A stretch of DNA of 49,887 nucleotides from a bacterium (GCA_021844025.1 JAKBUF010000003.1:1-49887); one strand, 5' to 3'. Positions 1-9,579 are shown, counted from the first letter of the stretch. Notes: generated by a model not told the origin, from the sequence alone. A program made the numbers and translations.

Positions 1-69
1 CAATCGAAGCTCTTTATTGATGATGGGGAGTACCCATCTAAGTCGTTCTTCTTGTATTGTTTGTGCCAT
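1..69 (-). mobile_element. 5' end of a possible IS transposase (IS481/IS3-like), truncated by the window edge
   Basis: Manual translation from CAT at 67-69 gives MAQTIQEERLRWVLPIINKELRL, open to the edge. It resembles, from memory, N-termini of CPR integrase-core transposases. Only 23 aa are visible. Confidence 0.4.
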
Positions 70-134
70 AGCTATAGCCATTTCTCCATTCTAGGAGAAA
101 ACCGCCATATGTCCTTGCACATTACCCTCGTTTA

Positions 135-163
135 TTGACACTTCTTGTATTTTTTGGTATTTT
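135..163 (+). promoter_or_regulatory. sigma70 promoter of rnpB
   Basis: TTGACA (135-140), 17-bp spacer, TGnTATTTT (155-163), 6 nt upstream of the RNase P P1 5' strand. Confidence 0.7.
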
Positions 164-169
164 ACTTTT

Positions 170-693
170 GGCACGCAGGATGACATTGCCACTTTATAGT
201 GGTAAGGAAAGTCCGGACACTTATACGCATCTCACCAAGGTAAGATGCTTGGAAATGATCAATTTCCAATTTCCAATTTTCATTCAATTTTTTAATTATA
301 TAATTTTAAAATTTATTGATCATTGGTCATTGACCATTGAAAATTTAACAAGTATTGAACTTTCGTGAGGTGCGTAACGTGTAGTGGGTAACTCCCACCC
401 AACGAAAGTTGAGAGGTGCGAACAGAGACGGGTGTATTTGAAAGAATACATCCACCCTTTGGAGCTTTATGCGAAAAAGGGTGTAGTCCTTGTGGTAACA
501 TAAGGAGTGAAACGGCAAAATCCTTACATGAGTGCAAGACCGTATCCAGCTCCACTTTTGGGAGTATAGAATTTATTTTCAAAAGTGGGGCTGGGTGAGT
601 CGCTTGAGCCTGAGAGTAATTGAAGGCCTAGATAAATTGTCATCTATCCACATCTTTTGATGCGGTGGACAGAATCCGGCTTACATGCGTGCC
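170..693 (+). ncRNA. rnpB: RNase P RNA, with a large insertion
   Basis: P1 GGCACGCA (170-177) pairs with TGCGTGCC (686-693). P2 GATGACA pairs with TGTCATC. Conserved motifs AGGAAAGTCCGGAC (205-218), GTGGGTAACTCCCAC, AACAGAGA, GTGAAACGGC, AGTGCAAG, CTAGATAAAT and ACAGAATCCGGCTTAC (669-684) are present. Confidence 0.95.
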
Positions 694-733
694 GGTTTTT
701 GTTTTTTATATTTTCTTATGATATTTTTGTAAT

Positions 734-1144
734 ATGTCATTCCAGTCAAAGCGGGATCATTTTTTTGAAAACTTTTGGCGCTACACCACTAACGTGTGGA
801 CGTTGGTGTGTATTGGTATTGTATTGCTCGATTTCTTTACGAACGGTTCGTATCACTATTTGGTTGCTCCAGCCTCTGTTATATACGGATCTCTGCTCAG
901 TATTTTTGTGGGAACCAAGGAGTTTAATCGGTGGTTTGAACGCGATGGATCCGGAAGACACCCCGGAGAGATTTTCGTGGCAGCGTGGAGTGCGGTGTTT
1001 GTATTTTTGATTATTATTTCATTGTGGCTTGGTAATTCTTTTGTGATTTCCTCTGATGTTATTTCTATATATATTATGGTTTTGACGGTGTTTGCTATTA
1101 CTCAGAGTTCAAAACAGTTATATACCAAAAAGAAAAAGCGTTAG
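734..1144 (+). CDS. hypothetical membrane protein (4 predicted TM segments)
   Basis: 136-aa ORF with four hydrophobic stretches and a basic C-terminus. Confidence 0.75.
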   Translation: MSFQSKRDHFFENFWRYTTNVWTLVCIGIVLLDFFTNGSYHYLVAPASVIYGSLLSIFVGTKEFNRWFERDGSGRHPGEIFVAAWSAVFVFLIIISLWLGNSFVISSDVISIYIMVLTVFAITQSSKQLYTKKKKR

Positions 1145-1278
1145 GCCTTACCATATTAAACGGGGTTTACTTAATAAAGTATTTGTGTTAGATTTATAAA
1201 ACCACTTTTTTGGGTGGTTTTATTTGTTCTTTAAATTAATTACTTATTTTTCTCATAACTTTTCAGGAGACACTCATT

Positions 1279-1941
1279 ATGAATATGAGTAAGATGGGAA
1301 GTAAAAATGTTCAGAATGCTGTTAAAAAAACTTATGAGGATGCACTTCGTGAGTTTGAAGACGGTATTATTGGACAAGATGTATGGTCCTTTTTATTTAC
1401 TGCGGCGGGATTACCGATTCCTCCCGGGTTGGTTAAAAAAACTCTTCCTCACTCTCAAGATCTAAAAGGCATAAAGAGAGAAAACGGAGAAATGATAATA
1501 ACCACAATCGGGAATATTAAAAACGGTATTTCCATAAATGGATTGTTTTGGGGGAGGCTCGGTGTCTCTTTTAAAAATAATTTTTCCATTGATGGGCCGT
1601 CATGGAGGCGGTATTTACAAACTGGTTTTGCTCACGAAGTTGGTATCTTTGTTGGAAATCCTGCAGGAGTAGGAAAGGGGCTTGATCTCACTATTCATAG
1701 AGGAACACTTCTTGGCGATGATCACTTTGTCCCGTTCTCTGGATTGCAAGTAATTCCAGAGTCTGTCCACTATCTGTTAAAGGGTGAGTTTCTAAATAAA
1801 AATCACGTCGTTTTATGTAATGATGTTTTTAGGAAAAACGTGATGATCGGAGGTGGAGATTCTCACCTTAAAATGTATGACAAAGGAGTTTGTCCCCATG
1901 TCGTTTCATTGGGGAAAATGAGGAAGGTGTTTATAGATTGA
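1279..1941 (+). CDS. hypothetical protein
   Basis: 220-aa ORF with AGGAG SD upstream and a terminator downstream; no recognised motif. Confidence 0.65.
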   Translation: MNMSKMGSKNVQNAVKKTYEDALREFEDGIIGQDVWSFLFTAAGLPIPPGLVKKTLPHSQDLKGIKRENGEMIITTIGNIKNGISINGLFWGRLGVSFKNNFSIDGPSWRRYLQTGFAHEVGIFVGNPAGVGKGLDLTIHRGTLLGDDHFVPFSGLQVIPESVHYLLKGEFLNKNHVVLCNDVFRKNVMIGGGDSHLKMYDKGVCPHVVSLGKMRKVFID

Positions 1942-1973
1942 AAAAACCCGGGGAGCAATCCTCGGGTGTTTTT
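1941..1973. terminator. bidirectional intrinsic terminator
   Basis: AAAAAACCCGGGGA-GCAA-TCCTCGGGTGTTTTT between convergent genes. Confidence 0.75.
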
Positions 1974-1999
1974 ATAAAATATTGTACGACTGAAAAATT

Positions 2000-2212
2000 T
2001 TATTTTTCTTTTTCAATCTGTTCTTTAATATACAATCCCCAGCTTTCCGTTTCTTTTTTGTTTGCTTCTAGTTTAGCGAGTTCTTCAAGAATATGTTGAT
2101 TTTTATCTTGTGCGTACTTATTTTGCAAATAGGTATAGGTAATGTCTATTTTAGCGAGTGTTTCTTGTGCATCATCTAGGTAATCCTGCAAAATTTCTTT
2201 TTTCGTTTTCAT
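2000..2212 (-). CDS. small coiled-coil hypothetical protein
   Basis: 70-aa charged helical ORF with an ATG start, converging on the terminator. Confidence 0.65.
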   Translation of the reverse strand: MKTKKEILQDYLDDAQETLAKIDITYTYLQNKYAQDKNQHILEELAKLEANKKETESWGLYIKEQIEKEK

Positions 2213-2309
2213 ATAATTAGTTTAGTGATAATCTAAGGCGCAGTGTAGCGTATGTTTTACTTGGAAGCAAGTTTTTTTATTCATAATTTTATGGTACACT
2301 AATTTTTAT

Positions 2310-3017
2310 ATGTCACATACGCATCGTAAACGAGTAAACGTTCCCTCTATTCACTTGAATGTTGAGCCGCTGTCTCACAAAGATATTGTGGAAGCTGCTA
2401 AAAAACGTGTTTCTATTGTGAACAAAGAGTTAATAGAAGGAATGGAATTTATTGGTTCGTATCCTAAGTCGGTCACTTTCTTTGGATCAGCTCGATTTAA
2501 CGAGCACAATCCTTGTTATGAAAAGGCGCAGCGCATTGCGTCTATTTTAGCAAGGAAGGGGTATGCAATTGTAACGGGAGGGGGCCCTGGAATTATGGAG
2601 GCGGCGAATCGGGGTTCTTCCGATGTGGGGGGTAGCTCAATTGGTTTTAATATTGTGCTTCCTAAGGAGCAGGTTATGAATCCGTATGTACAGGATCATA
2701 TCGATTTTGAATATTTCTTTACTCGTAAGGTGTGTCTAACTTTTTCCGCGGAAGCATATTTATATTTTCCGGGCGGGTTTGGAACGCTCGATGAATTTTT
2801 TGAGATTCTCACCCTGGTACAGACGCGTAAAATTCCTCGAGTTCCTATGATTTTGGTAGGTGTTGATTTTTGGTTGCCACTCAAACATTTTGTTGAGAAT
2901 TTATTACTTAATACCTACAACACTATTTCTAAAGAAGAGCTTGATCTTTTTGTTATTACCGATGACGAAGATGAAATTGTTCGGTTAGTGACACAAGCTC
3001 CTATGAGGAAAGAATAA
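2310..3017 (+). CDS. LOG family (TIGR00730) Rossmann-fold nucleotide phosphoribohydrolase
   Basis: Motifs FGSAR, TGGGPGIMEAANRG, PGGFGTLDE. Confidence 0.92.
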   Translation: MSHTHRKRVNVPSIHLNVEPLSHKDIVEAAKKRVSIVNKELIEGMEFIGSYPKSVTFFGSARFNEHNPCYEKAQRIASILARKGYAIVTGGGPGIMEAANRGSSDVGGSSIGFNIVLPKEQVMNPYVQDHIDFEYFFTRKVCLTFSAEAYLYFPGGFGTLDEFFEILTLVQTRKIPRVPMILVGVDFWLPLKHFVENLLLNTYNTISKEELDLFVITDDEDEIVRLVTQAPMRKE

Positions 3018-3077
3018 AATTGAGTTATCGACTTTTTATTTTTGTATTTTAAATTTTACTACGGTATACTTACTTAT

Positions 3078-4463
3078 ATGGCACAGCAAAAAAAGAAAAA
3101 ACTTATTCCTGTAACCGATATTGTTCCGTCTGATTCTGTTATTGAACAAAAAACAAGAAAAGAACCCACTCAAGTCATTTTATCTGACGAAGCTTTTTCG
3201 GATGTTTCCGATATAAAAATTGATGCGTTTCGTGATTTTGGAAAATCTTCTCATTCCGCGTCTTCTCGCGCTGCTTTGCAGCCCTTACCCGAATCATGGG
3301 AAACCCCCACTCCTCCACGCCGTAAAAAACGGTCGTATAAAGGAATATTAGCGGGTATGGTAGTGCTCGCGGCTGCTATGTATGTGGTGTTTGGTATTCT
3401 GCCGCGCGTTACCGTTTCCATTGTGGCTAAAAAAATTCCAGTGCAATTACAGACGTCTTTTAGTGTAGTTGCCACCTCATCTATTACTATGACCGACACA
3501 CAAGTGCCGGGTGAAATTGTTACCGAACAAAAAACAAACATTTTTAAATTTCCTGCAACAGGAAAAGAAACCACACAACAAAAGGCCAAAGGTACTGTAG
3601 TGATTTTTAATACTTACAGCACCGCACCACAAGTGTTGGTTGCAACTACCCGTTTGCAGTCTCCCGATGGAAAAATTTTCAGGTTAGTAAATCGCGTGGT
3701 GGTTCCTGGTGCAAAAAAATCCGGTGCAGTTCTTGAACCCGGGAGCATTGAGGCAGATGTGGTCGCGGACCAAACAGGCGCTTCTTATAATATTGATCCG
3801 GTTGATAAATTTACTATACCCGGATTTCAGGGTAGTGATAAATACAACAAGTTTTATGCATCATCAGTTGATCCTATGGCAGGGGGAAGCGATGGCCAAA
3901 CCACCGTTGCTACCAATGATGATGTTGATAAGGCCCAACAAGATGCGGTACAGAAAATGAAAGATAGTATTACTTCAACGATCGCACTTAAAATTCCCAA
4001 CGAGTTTACATACGTGAAGGGATCAGAACAGTTTCAGATTCTTACTAAAAAGGTAGATACTCGTCTTGATAAAGATAATAATTTTACGGTAGCTCTTGAG
4101 GCTCAGGAATCGGTAGTAATTTTTAAAGAAGGGGATATAAAATCGTTATTACAAAAACAGGCTCAGCAGCAGGGGACTATTCCTACCGATTATGCGGAGC
4201 AACAGGGAACTATTACCTATGATCAACCAGTGGTTGATTGGAAAGGGGGTAGTATGATGTTGCCAGTTTCTTATAAGGCCATTTTCTGGAAGCCAATAGA
4301 CGTGAATCAGTTACGCGCTAATATTTTGGGGAAGAATGAATCTGATCTCAAAACAACCGTTCTGTCTTTGCAGGGTATTGATAAGCTAACCGTTTCTTTC
4401 TGGCCGTTTTGGGTGTCTCATGTTCCGAGTTCATCTTCTCGGGTTACTATTACTGTTGAGTAG
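3078..4463 (+). CDS. membrane-anchored baseplate J/gp47-like domain protein
   Basis: One TM segment followed by FPATG..KAKGTVVIFN..LVATTRLQSPDGKIFR..VVVPG..G..YNI, a pattern typical of CPR baseplate-J-like proteins; ATG at 3078 preferred over TTG 3042. Confidence 0.7.
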   Translation: MAQQKKKKLIPVTDIVPSDSVIEQKTRKEPTQVILSDEAFSDVSDIKIDAFRDFGKSSHSASSRAALQPLPESWETPTPPRRKKRSYKGILAGMVVLAAAMYVVFGILPRVTVSIVAKKIPVQLQTSFSVVATSSITMTDTQVPGEIVTEQKTNIFKFPATGKETTQQKAKGTVVIFNTYSTAPQVLVATTRLQSPDGKIFRLVNRVVVPGAKKSGAVLEPGSIEADVVADQTGASYNIDPVDKFTIPGFQGSDKYNKFYASSVDPMAGGSDGQTTVATNDDVDKAQQDAVQKMKDSITSTIALKIPNEFTYVKGSEQFQILTKKVDTRLDKDNNFTVALEAQESVVIFKEGDIKSLLQKQAQQQGTIPTDYAEQQGTITYDQPVVDWKGGSMMLPVSYKAIFWKPIDVNQLRANILGKNESDLKTTVLSLQGIDKLTVSFWPFWVSHVPSSSSRVTITVE

Positions 4464-4607
4464 ACCCTTATAAAGCTAGAAAGCTAGTATGCACTTGACT
4501 CTTACGCCAAAACAAATGAAAAAACCTTATCTTACCATGAAATCCCATACCTATTTGGTGCGGGGGTTGACTTTGTTTTTTATTTCGGCTACTATAAACT
4601 CTCGTTA

Positions 4608-4835
4608 ATGTCTTTACCACACACCTCTGAAAATTTGGTAAGCGGGGTTATTATTGAAGCGTTGCCTTCCGCTATGTTTCGTGTGAAGGTTGGCGACCAA
4701 ATTGTTCTTGGGCATCTTTCTGGTAAAATGCGCATTCATTATATAAAAGTTATGCCGGGAGATACGGTGTCTCTTCGGTTGAGTCCAGACGGTAAACGGG
4801 GCATTATTATGCGCCGTGGACTTATACGGAAATAA
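4608..4835 (+). CDS. infA: translation initiation factor IF-1
   Basis: [14 protein letters not shown]...[17 protein letters not shown]. Confidence 0.95.
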   Translation: MSLPHTSENLVSGVIIEALPSAMFRVKVGDQIVLGHLSGKMRIHYIKVMPGDTVSLRLSPDGKRGIIMRRGLIRK

Positions 4836-4868
4836 TAATCAATTATATTTTTATTACATTTGTATATT

Positions 4869-4982
4869 ATGAAGGTGAGATCTTCGGTTAAGAAAATTTG
4901 TAAAAATTGCCAAACGGTCCGTAGAAAGGGTCGGGTTCATGTTATTTGTAAGAATGTGAAGCATAAACAGAGACAAGGATAG
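4869..4982 (+). CDS. rpmJ: 50S ribosomal protein L36 (not in ORF track)
   Basis: Manual translation [37 protein letters not shown]. Confidence 0.97.
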   Translation: MKVRSSVKKICKNCQTVRRKGRVHVICKNVKHKQRQG

Positions 4983-4988
4983 AAAACT

Positions 4989-5098
4989 GTATTAAGGGGT
5001 TAGTATTATGTATTAAGATTAAGGAAGATAATAAAATATTAGCCCAAAAATAAAATTTTTTCTTACTACTTACTATATACTACTTAATACTCACTCAT
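4989..5098 (+). repeat. heptamer-periodic inverted repeat (GTATTAA/TACTACT family) between rpmJ and rpsM
   Basis: G-arm GTATTAAGGGGTTAGTATTATGTATTAAG after the stop; C-arm CTTACTACTTACTATATACTACTTAATAC before the ATG. Confidence 0.7.
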
Positions 5099-5482
5099 AT
5101 GCGTTTATTTGGAATCAACATACCAGACCAGAAAAGAATCGACACTTCGTTGACGTATTTCTATGGTATTGGAAGGACAACTGCTCAAAAAATATTACAG
5201 GAAATTAAACTAGATCCTACAAAGCGTACAAAAGACCTTGATCCTGAGGAAACTAATCGTATCAAGGAATATATTGAGAAGCATTTAAAGATAGAAGGTG
5301 AGTTACGTCAGGTTATTCGCTCAAATATTTCTCGTTTAAAGGACATTCAGGCATATCGTGGTATGCGACACGCTCGCAAGCTTCCGGTGCGTGGGCAGCG
5401 TACTAAAACTAATTCTCGTACCGTGCGCGGTAATGTTCGTAAAACAGCGGGAAGCGGAAAGAGAAAAGTAGATCTTAAATAA
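5099..5482 (+). CDS. rpsM: 30S ribosomal protein S13
   Basis: YRGMRHARKLPVRGQRTKTNSRT. Confidence 0.98.
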   Translation: MRLFGINIPDQKRIDTSLTYFYGIGRTTAQKILQEIKLDPTKRTKDLDPEETNRIKEYIEKHLKIEGELRQVIRSNISRLKDIQAYRGMRHARKLPVRGQRTKTNSRTVRGNVRKTAGSGKRKVDLK

Positions 5483-5535
5483 AATTTTAATTATCAATTT
5501 ATTATTTAGTGTTTGGAGATTAGAATTCTACACAT

Positions 5536-5976
5536 ATGGGTAAAAAGAAAGTTATACAAAAATCAGGAGATACTAAAGAAGGCGCGGACCAGAAAGTTTC
5601 CGCAGTTTCTTCTAAAACTGGATCTAAAAAGATAGACTCCGGTTTTGTGTATGTGAATGCTAGTTACAACAACACCGTTATCACGGTTACCGATACAGCG
5701 GGTAATGTTATTGCCTGGTCATCGGCTGGATCCCTTGGATTTAATGGTCCTAAAAAGGCAACTCCATTTGCCGCTTCTAAGGTTGCCTCTACCGTTATTG
5801 AAAAGATAAAAAAATCAGGTCCGTTTTCAGTCAGTATTATTGTAAAAGGAATTGGAAGTGGTCGTGATAGTGCTATTCGTACTTTTGCAACCCAAGGTTT
5901 TGCTATTACTTCGGTAAAAGACGCAACTCCTATTCCGCATAATGGGCCCAGACCCGCAAAGGTTCGTCGGGTATAA
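5536..5976 (+). CDS. rpsK: 30S ribosomal protein S11
   Basis: ASYNNTVITVTD..KKATPFAA..DATPIPHNG. Confidence 0.98.
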   Translation: MGKKKVIQKSGDTKEGADQKVSAVSSKTGSKKIDSGFVYVNASYNNTVITVTDTAGNVIAWSSAGSLGFNGPKKATPFAASKVASTVIEKIKKSGPFSVSIIVKGIGSGRDSAIRTFATQGFAITSVKDATPIPHNGPRPAKVRRV

Positions 5977-6009
5977 AACAAACAGATTAAAACACTTGTT
6001 AATCCATCT

Positions 6010-6630
6010 ATGAAATTATTACCAGCAAAAGAAAAAAAGGAGCGCGCGTTAGGAACTAGACTCGGTCTAAAACCGTTTCGTTCGCTGTCTCCTAAGGCAG
6101 CAATGGTACGTCGACCGTATCGTCCCGGTGTTCATGGTTCAAAAAGAGTACGTGCTGGGTCAGAATTTAAACTCCAATTAATGGAAAAGCAAAAGATGAA
6201 GGTTTCGTATGGATTAACTGAAACTCAGTTACAGCGCGTGTTCGAATATGCAATCTCAAACAAAAAAGAACCTGTTTTGAATTCTATTTTAGATAAATTA
6301 GAGTCTCGTTTGGATAGTGTGGTCTATCGTATGGGGCTTGCTCCTTCTCGTATTGTGGGGCGTCAGCTAGTTAATCACGGACATTTCATGGTTAATGGAA
6401 GAAAAGTTACTATTCCTTCATATCATGTGCGAGTAGGTGATGTGGTGTCTGTACGAGAATCAAGTAAGACCATGCCCCTTTTTAAAGATCTCAAGAACAC
6501 TCTTAAAGGAAACAAGGAATCATGGATTAAGGTGAATGAACAGGAAATTACTGGTACCGTTGTAGCAAAGCCCGAACATATTGAGTTACCGTTCAACCTA
6601 AATTTGGTGGTTGACTACTATGCCCGGTAA
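6010..6630 (+). CDS. rpsD: 30S ribosomal protein S4
   Basis: PGVHG, LMEKQK, LESRLDSVVYRMG, RQLVNHGHF. Confidence 0.98.
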   Translation: MKLLPAKEKKERALGTRLGLKPFRSLSPKAAMVRRPYRPGVHGSKRVRAGSEFKLQLMEKQKMKVSYGLTETQLQRVFEYAISNKKEPVLNSILDKLESRLDSVVYRMGLAPSRIVGRQLVNHGHFMVNGRKVTIPSYHVRVGDVVSVRESSKTMPLFKDLKNTLKGNKESWIKVNEQEITGTVVAKPEHIELPFNLNLVVDYYAR

Positions 6631-6754
6631 TACCTATAGAATTTTTAATTTCAAATTTTTAATTTTTAAATAAAATTTAATTTTCAATATTTTAAATTAG
6701 AATTCCTTCGCCGTCCGGGGGATAATAAAAATTTAAAATCTAATCATATATCTT

Positions 6755-7561
6755 ATGGAGCACACATTTTTGAGTAAAAACGTTATTATTCGAACGGTGT
6801 CGGAAAACGAGTCAACTGGCGTGTTCGAGTTATCTAACCTATACACTGGGTACGGAGTGACTTTGGGGAATGCGTTGCGGCGCGTTTTGTTGTCGTCTTT
6901 ACCAGGTGCAGCGGTTACTCAAATTAAAATCAAAGGAGCTAAGCATGAATTTTCTTCTTTAGAGGGAGTTTTAGAAGATGTGGTAAATATTATGTTGAAC
7001 GTGAAAAAAATTCGTTTTGCATTTTTTGCTGATGAGTCTCAGACCCTTACTCTTAAAAAGAAAGGATCTGGAGAGGTTACCGCAGCCGACATTAAAACCC
7101 CTTCACAGGTGGTGATTAAAAATCCACAGGCACACATTGCCACCTTGACTTCACGTGATGCCGAGTTTGATATGGAATTGACTATTGAAAAAGGCTTGGG
7201 ATATGTTCCCGCTGAATTTCGTAAAACTGAGAAGCTTCCCATAGGAGCTATTGCACTCGATGCTATTTTTACTCCTGTGGTAAATGTTAATTTTGAAGTT
7301 TCTAACATGCGCGTGGGAGACCGAACTGACTACAATAAACTTACTCTTACCATTGAAACTGATAAAACTATTACTCCATCCCGAGCTCTTCATAAGGCGG
7401 CAAACATTCTAAAAGATCATTTGCAAATTGTTTCTGAGATTGTAGTTACTGATGTTGAGGGAGCTGTTTCCTCTGAGGGTGAAGTTGCGAAAGAATCGCC
7501 TAAAGGTGGAGAAAAAGAACCAAAGGAGACCAAGAAGAAAACTTCAAAAAGTAAGAAATAA
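6755..7561 (+). CDS. rpoA: RNA polymerase alpha subunit (short; apparently lacks alpha-CTD)
   Basis: GYGVTLGNALRRVLLSSLPG, HEFS, GLGYVPA, RVGDRTDYNKL. Confidence 0.97.
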   Translation: MEHTFLSKNVIIRTVSENESTGVFELSNLYTGYGVTLGNALRRVLLSSLPGAAVTQIKIKGAKHEFSSLEGVLEDVVNIMLNVKKIRFAFFADESQTLTLKKKGSGEVTAADIKTPSQVVIKNPQAHIATLTSRDAEFDMELTIEKGLGYVPAEFRKTEKLPIGAIALDAIFTPVVNVNFEVSNMRVGDRTDYNKLTLTIETDKTITPSRALHKAANILKDHLQIVSEIVVTDVEGAVSSEGEVAKESPKGGEKEPKETKKKTSKSKK

Positions 7562-7566
7562 AGATC

Positions 7567-7929
7567 ATGAAACACTTACAGAAAACAAAAAAGAAATTTG
7601 GACGCAAACGAGGACAACGTCAAGCGTTTATTAAAAATTTAGCAAAGAACGTTATTTTAAACGGACGCATTGAAACAACCGAAACACGCGCCAAAGCGAT
7701 TCGCCCAGTAGTGGAAAAATTAGTCACGCTTGCAAAAAAACAAACCCTCGCTTCGTTACGTTTATTAATCTCTCGTGTTTCAAAGGAAGCTGCGACTAAA
7801 TTATATTATGAACTAGCTCCCGCATATAAAAATCGTGCAGGAGGGTATATGCGTATCACCAAACTTTCAAAAACTAGAAAAGGGGACAGCGCCCCGATTG
7901 CAGTGTTGGAGTTTGTGGATACGAAGTAA
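7567..7929 (+). CDS. rplQ: 50S ribosomal protein L17
   Basis: IETTETRAK..VEKLVTLAK..RAGGYMRITK. Confidence 0.97.
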   Translation: MKHLQKTKKKFGRKRGQRQAFIKNLAKNVILNGRIETTETRAKAIRPVVEKLVTLAKKQTLASLRLLISRVSKEAATKLYYELAPAYKNRAGGYMRITKLSKTRKGDSAPIAVLEFVDTK

Positions 7930-7965
7930 TTATATAGTTTTTTGTGAATGGCGCGCATGCGTCAA

Positions 7966-7994
7966 TTGACAAGGTTTGTTTTTTTGTCTACTAT
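7966..7994 (+). promoter_or_regulatory. sigma70 promoter of tuf
   Basis: TTGACA-17 bp-TACTAT. Confidence 0.75.
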
Positions 7995-8033
7995 TATCAA
8001 TAATATAAAAAATTAAATTAATCATTAAAACAT

Positions 8034-9233
8034 ATGGCAGATAAAGCAAAATTTGAGCGCACGAAGCCTCACGTGAACGTCGGAACAATTGGTCATGTGG
8101 ACCACGGAAAGACTACGTTGACTTCGGCTATTACCAACGCCTTGTTTCTTAAGGGGTTGATTTCCAAAAAGGAAGAAGTAAACGATATTGATAACGCGCC
8201 GGAAGAAAAGCAGCGTGGTATTACTATTGCACTCCACCATTCTGAATATGAAACCGAAAAGCGCCATTATGCGCACATTGATGCACCGGGACACGCAGAC
8301 TATATTAAAAACATGATCACGGGAGCTGCGCAGATGGACGGAGCTATTTTGGTGGTTGCTGCAACTGATGGACCGATGCCCCAGACTCGTGAACACATTT
8401 TGTTAGCTCACCAGGTGGGAGTTCCTCGTATTATTGTGTTTTTGAACAAAGTTGATCAGGTTAGCGATCCCGAATTGATTGATTTGGTAGAAGATGAAGT
8501 TCGTCAACTCTTGAAGAAATATAACTTCCCTGGCGATGAGGTTCCGGTTATTCGTGGATCAGCACTAAAAGCATCTGAAGCAAAAACTGCTGATGATCCG
8601 GCATTGGAGCCTATCATGCAATTAGTAAAGGCATTAGATGATTATATTCCTGAGCCAGCTCGTGAAACTGATAAGCCGTTCTTGATGCCTATTGAAGACA
8701 TTTTCTCAATTGAAGGACGTGGAACTGTAGTTACCGGAAAAATTGAACGGGGAATTGTAAAAGTAAATGAAGAGATTGAAATCGTTGGACTTCGCCCAAC
8801 CCAAAAAACTGTGGTAACTGGAGTTGAAATGTTTAAGAAACTCTTAGATGAGGGTCAGGCGGGAGACAATGTGGGAGTCTTGTTGCGTGGTCTTAAGAAA
8901 GAAGACGTGGAACGCGGACAAGTATTGGCAAAACCGGGTACTATTACTCCTCATACCGATTTTGAAGCACAAGTATACATCTTGAATAAGGAGGAAGGAG
9001 GACGTCATACCCCATTCTTTAAAGGATACAAACCGCAATTCTACATTCGTACTACTGACGTAACGGGAGAAGTTATTTTACCGGAGGGAACCGAAATGGT
9101 TATGCCGGGAGATACTATTACCATTACTGTTAAATTAATTGCCCCAGTCGCATTGGATGAAAAACAAAAGTTTGCAATCCGCGAAGGAGGAAAGACAGTA
9201 GGAGCGGGATCCGTAACTAAGATTATTAAATAA
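8034..9233 (+). CDS. tuf: elongation factor Tu
   Basis: [38 protein letters not shown]. Confidence 0.99.
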   Translation: MADKAKFERTKPHVNVGTIGHVDHGKTTLTSAITNALFLKGLISKKEEVNDIDNAPEEKQRGITIALHHSEYETEKRHYAHIDAPGHADYIKNMITGAAQMDGAILVVAATDGPMPQTREHILLAHQVGVPRIIVFLNKVDQVSDPELIDLVEDEVRQLLKKYNFPGDEVPVIRGSALKASEAKTADDPALEPIMQLVKALDDYIPEPARETDKPFLMPIEDIFSIEGRGTVVTGKIERGIVKVNEEIEIVGLRPTQKTVVTGVEMFKKLLDEGQAGDNVGVLLRGLKKEDVERGQVLAKPGTITPHTDFEAQVYILNKEEGGRHTPFFKGYKPQFYIRTTDVTGEVILPEGTEMVMPGDTITITVKLIAPVALDEKQKFAIREGGKTVGAGSVTKIIK

Positions 9234-9252
9234 TAATTAGTGCCTGCACATT

Positions 9253-9579
9253 ATGGCAAAACAGAACCTTGAAAAAAATAGAATTCGGCTCAAGATTAAG
9301 TCCTACGACCACCGTTTAATAGATGCTTCTACAAAGCAGATTATTGAGGCGGCGGCACGTAATGGTGCTGAGGTAGTAGGTCCGATTCCTTTGCCCACTG
9401 AGATGCGCAAATACACCGTGAACCGGTCAACGTTTGTGCATAAAAATTCTCGCGAGCAGTTTGAAATGCGATTGCATAAACGGCTTGTTGAAATTTTGAA
9501 CCCGGGGCAAAAAATTGTTGAATCGTTAAGTAATCTGAATTTGCCATCTGGTGTTGATATTGAGATTAAACTAATTTAA
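9253..9579 (+). CDS. rpsJ: 30S ribosomal protein S10
   Basis: GPIPLPT..SREQFEMRLHKR. Confidence 0.98.
   Translation: MAKQNLEKNRIRLKIKSYDHRLIDASTKQIIEAAARNGAEVVGPIPLPTEMRKYTVNRSTFVHKNSREQFEMRLHKRLVEILNPGQKIVESLSNLNLPSGVDIEIKLI

Noticed and set aside
135-598. ORFs 135-368, 313-582 and 416-598
   Set aside because: They overlap the RNase P RNA gene and its promoter, so they are spurious
3078-4463. Prophage or contractile injection system suggested by the baseplate-J-like gene
   Set aside because: No other phage structural genes, integrase or att sites nearby
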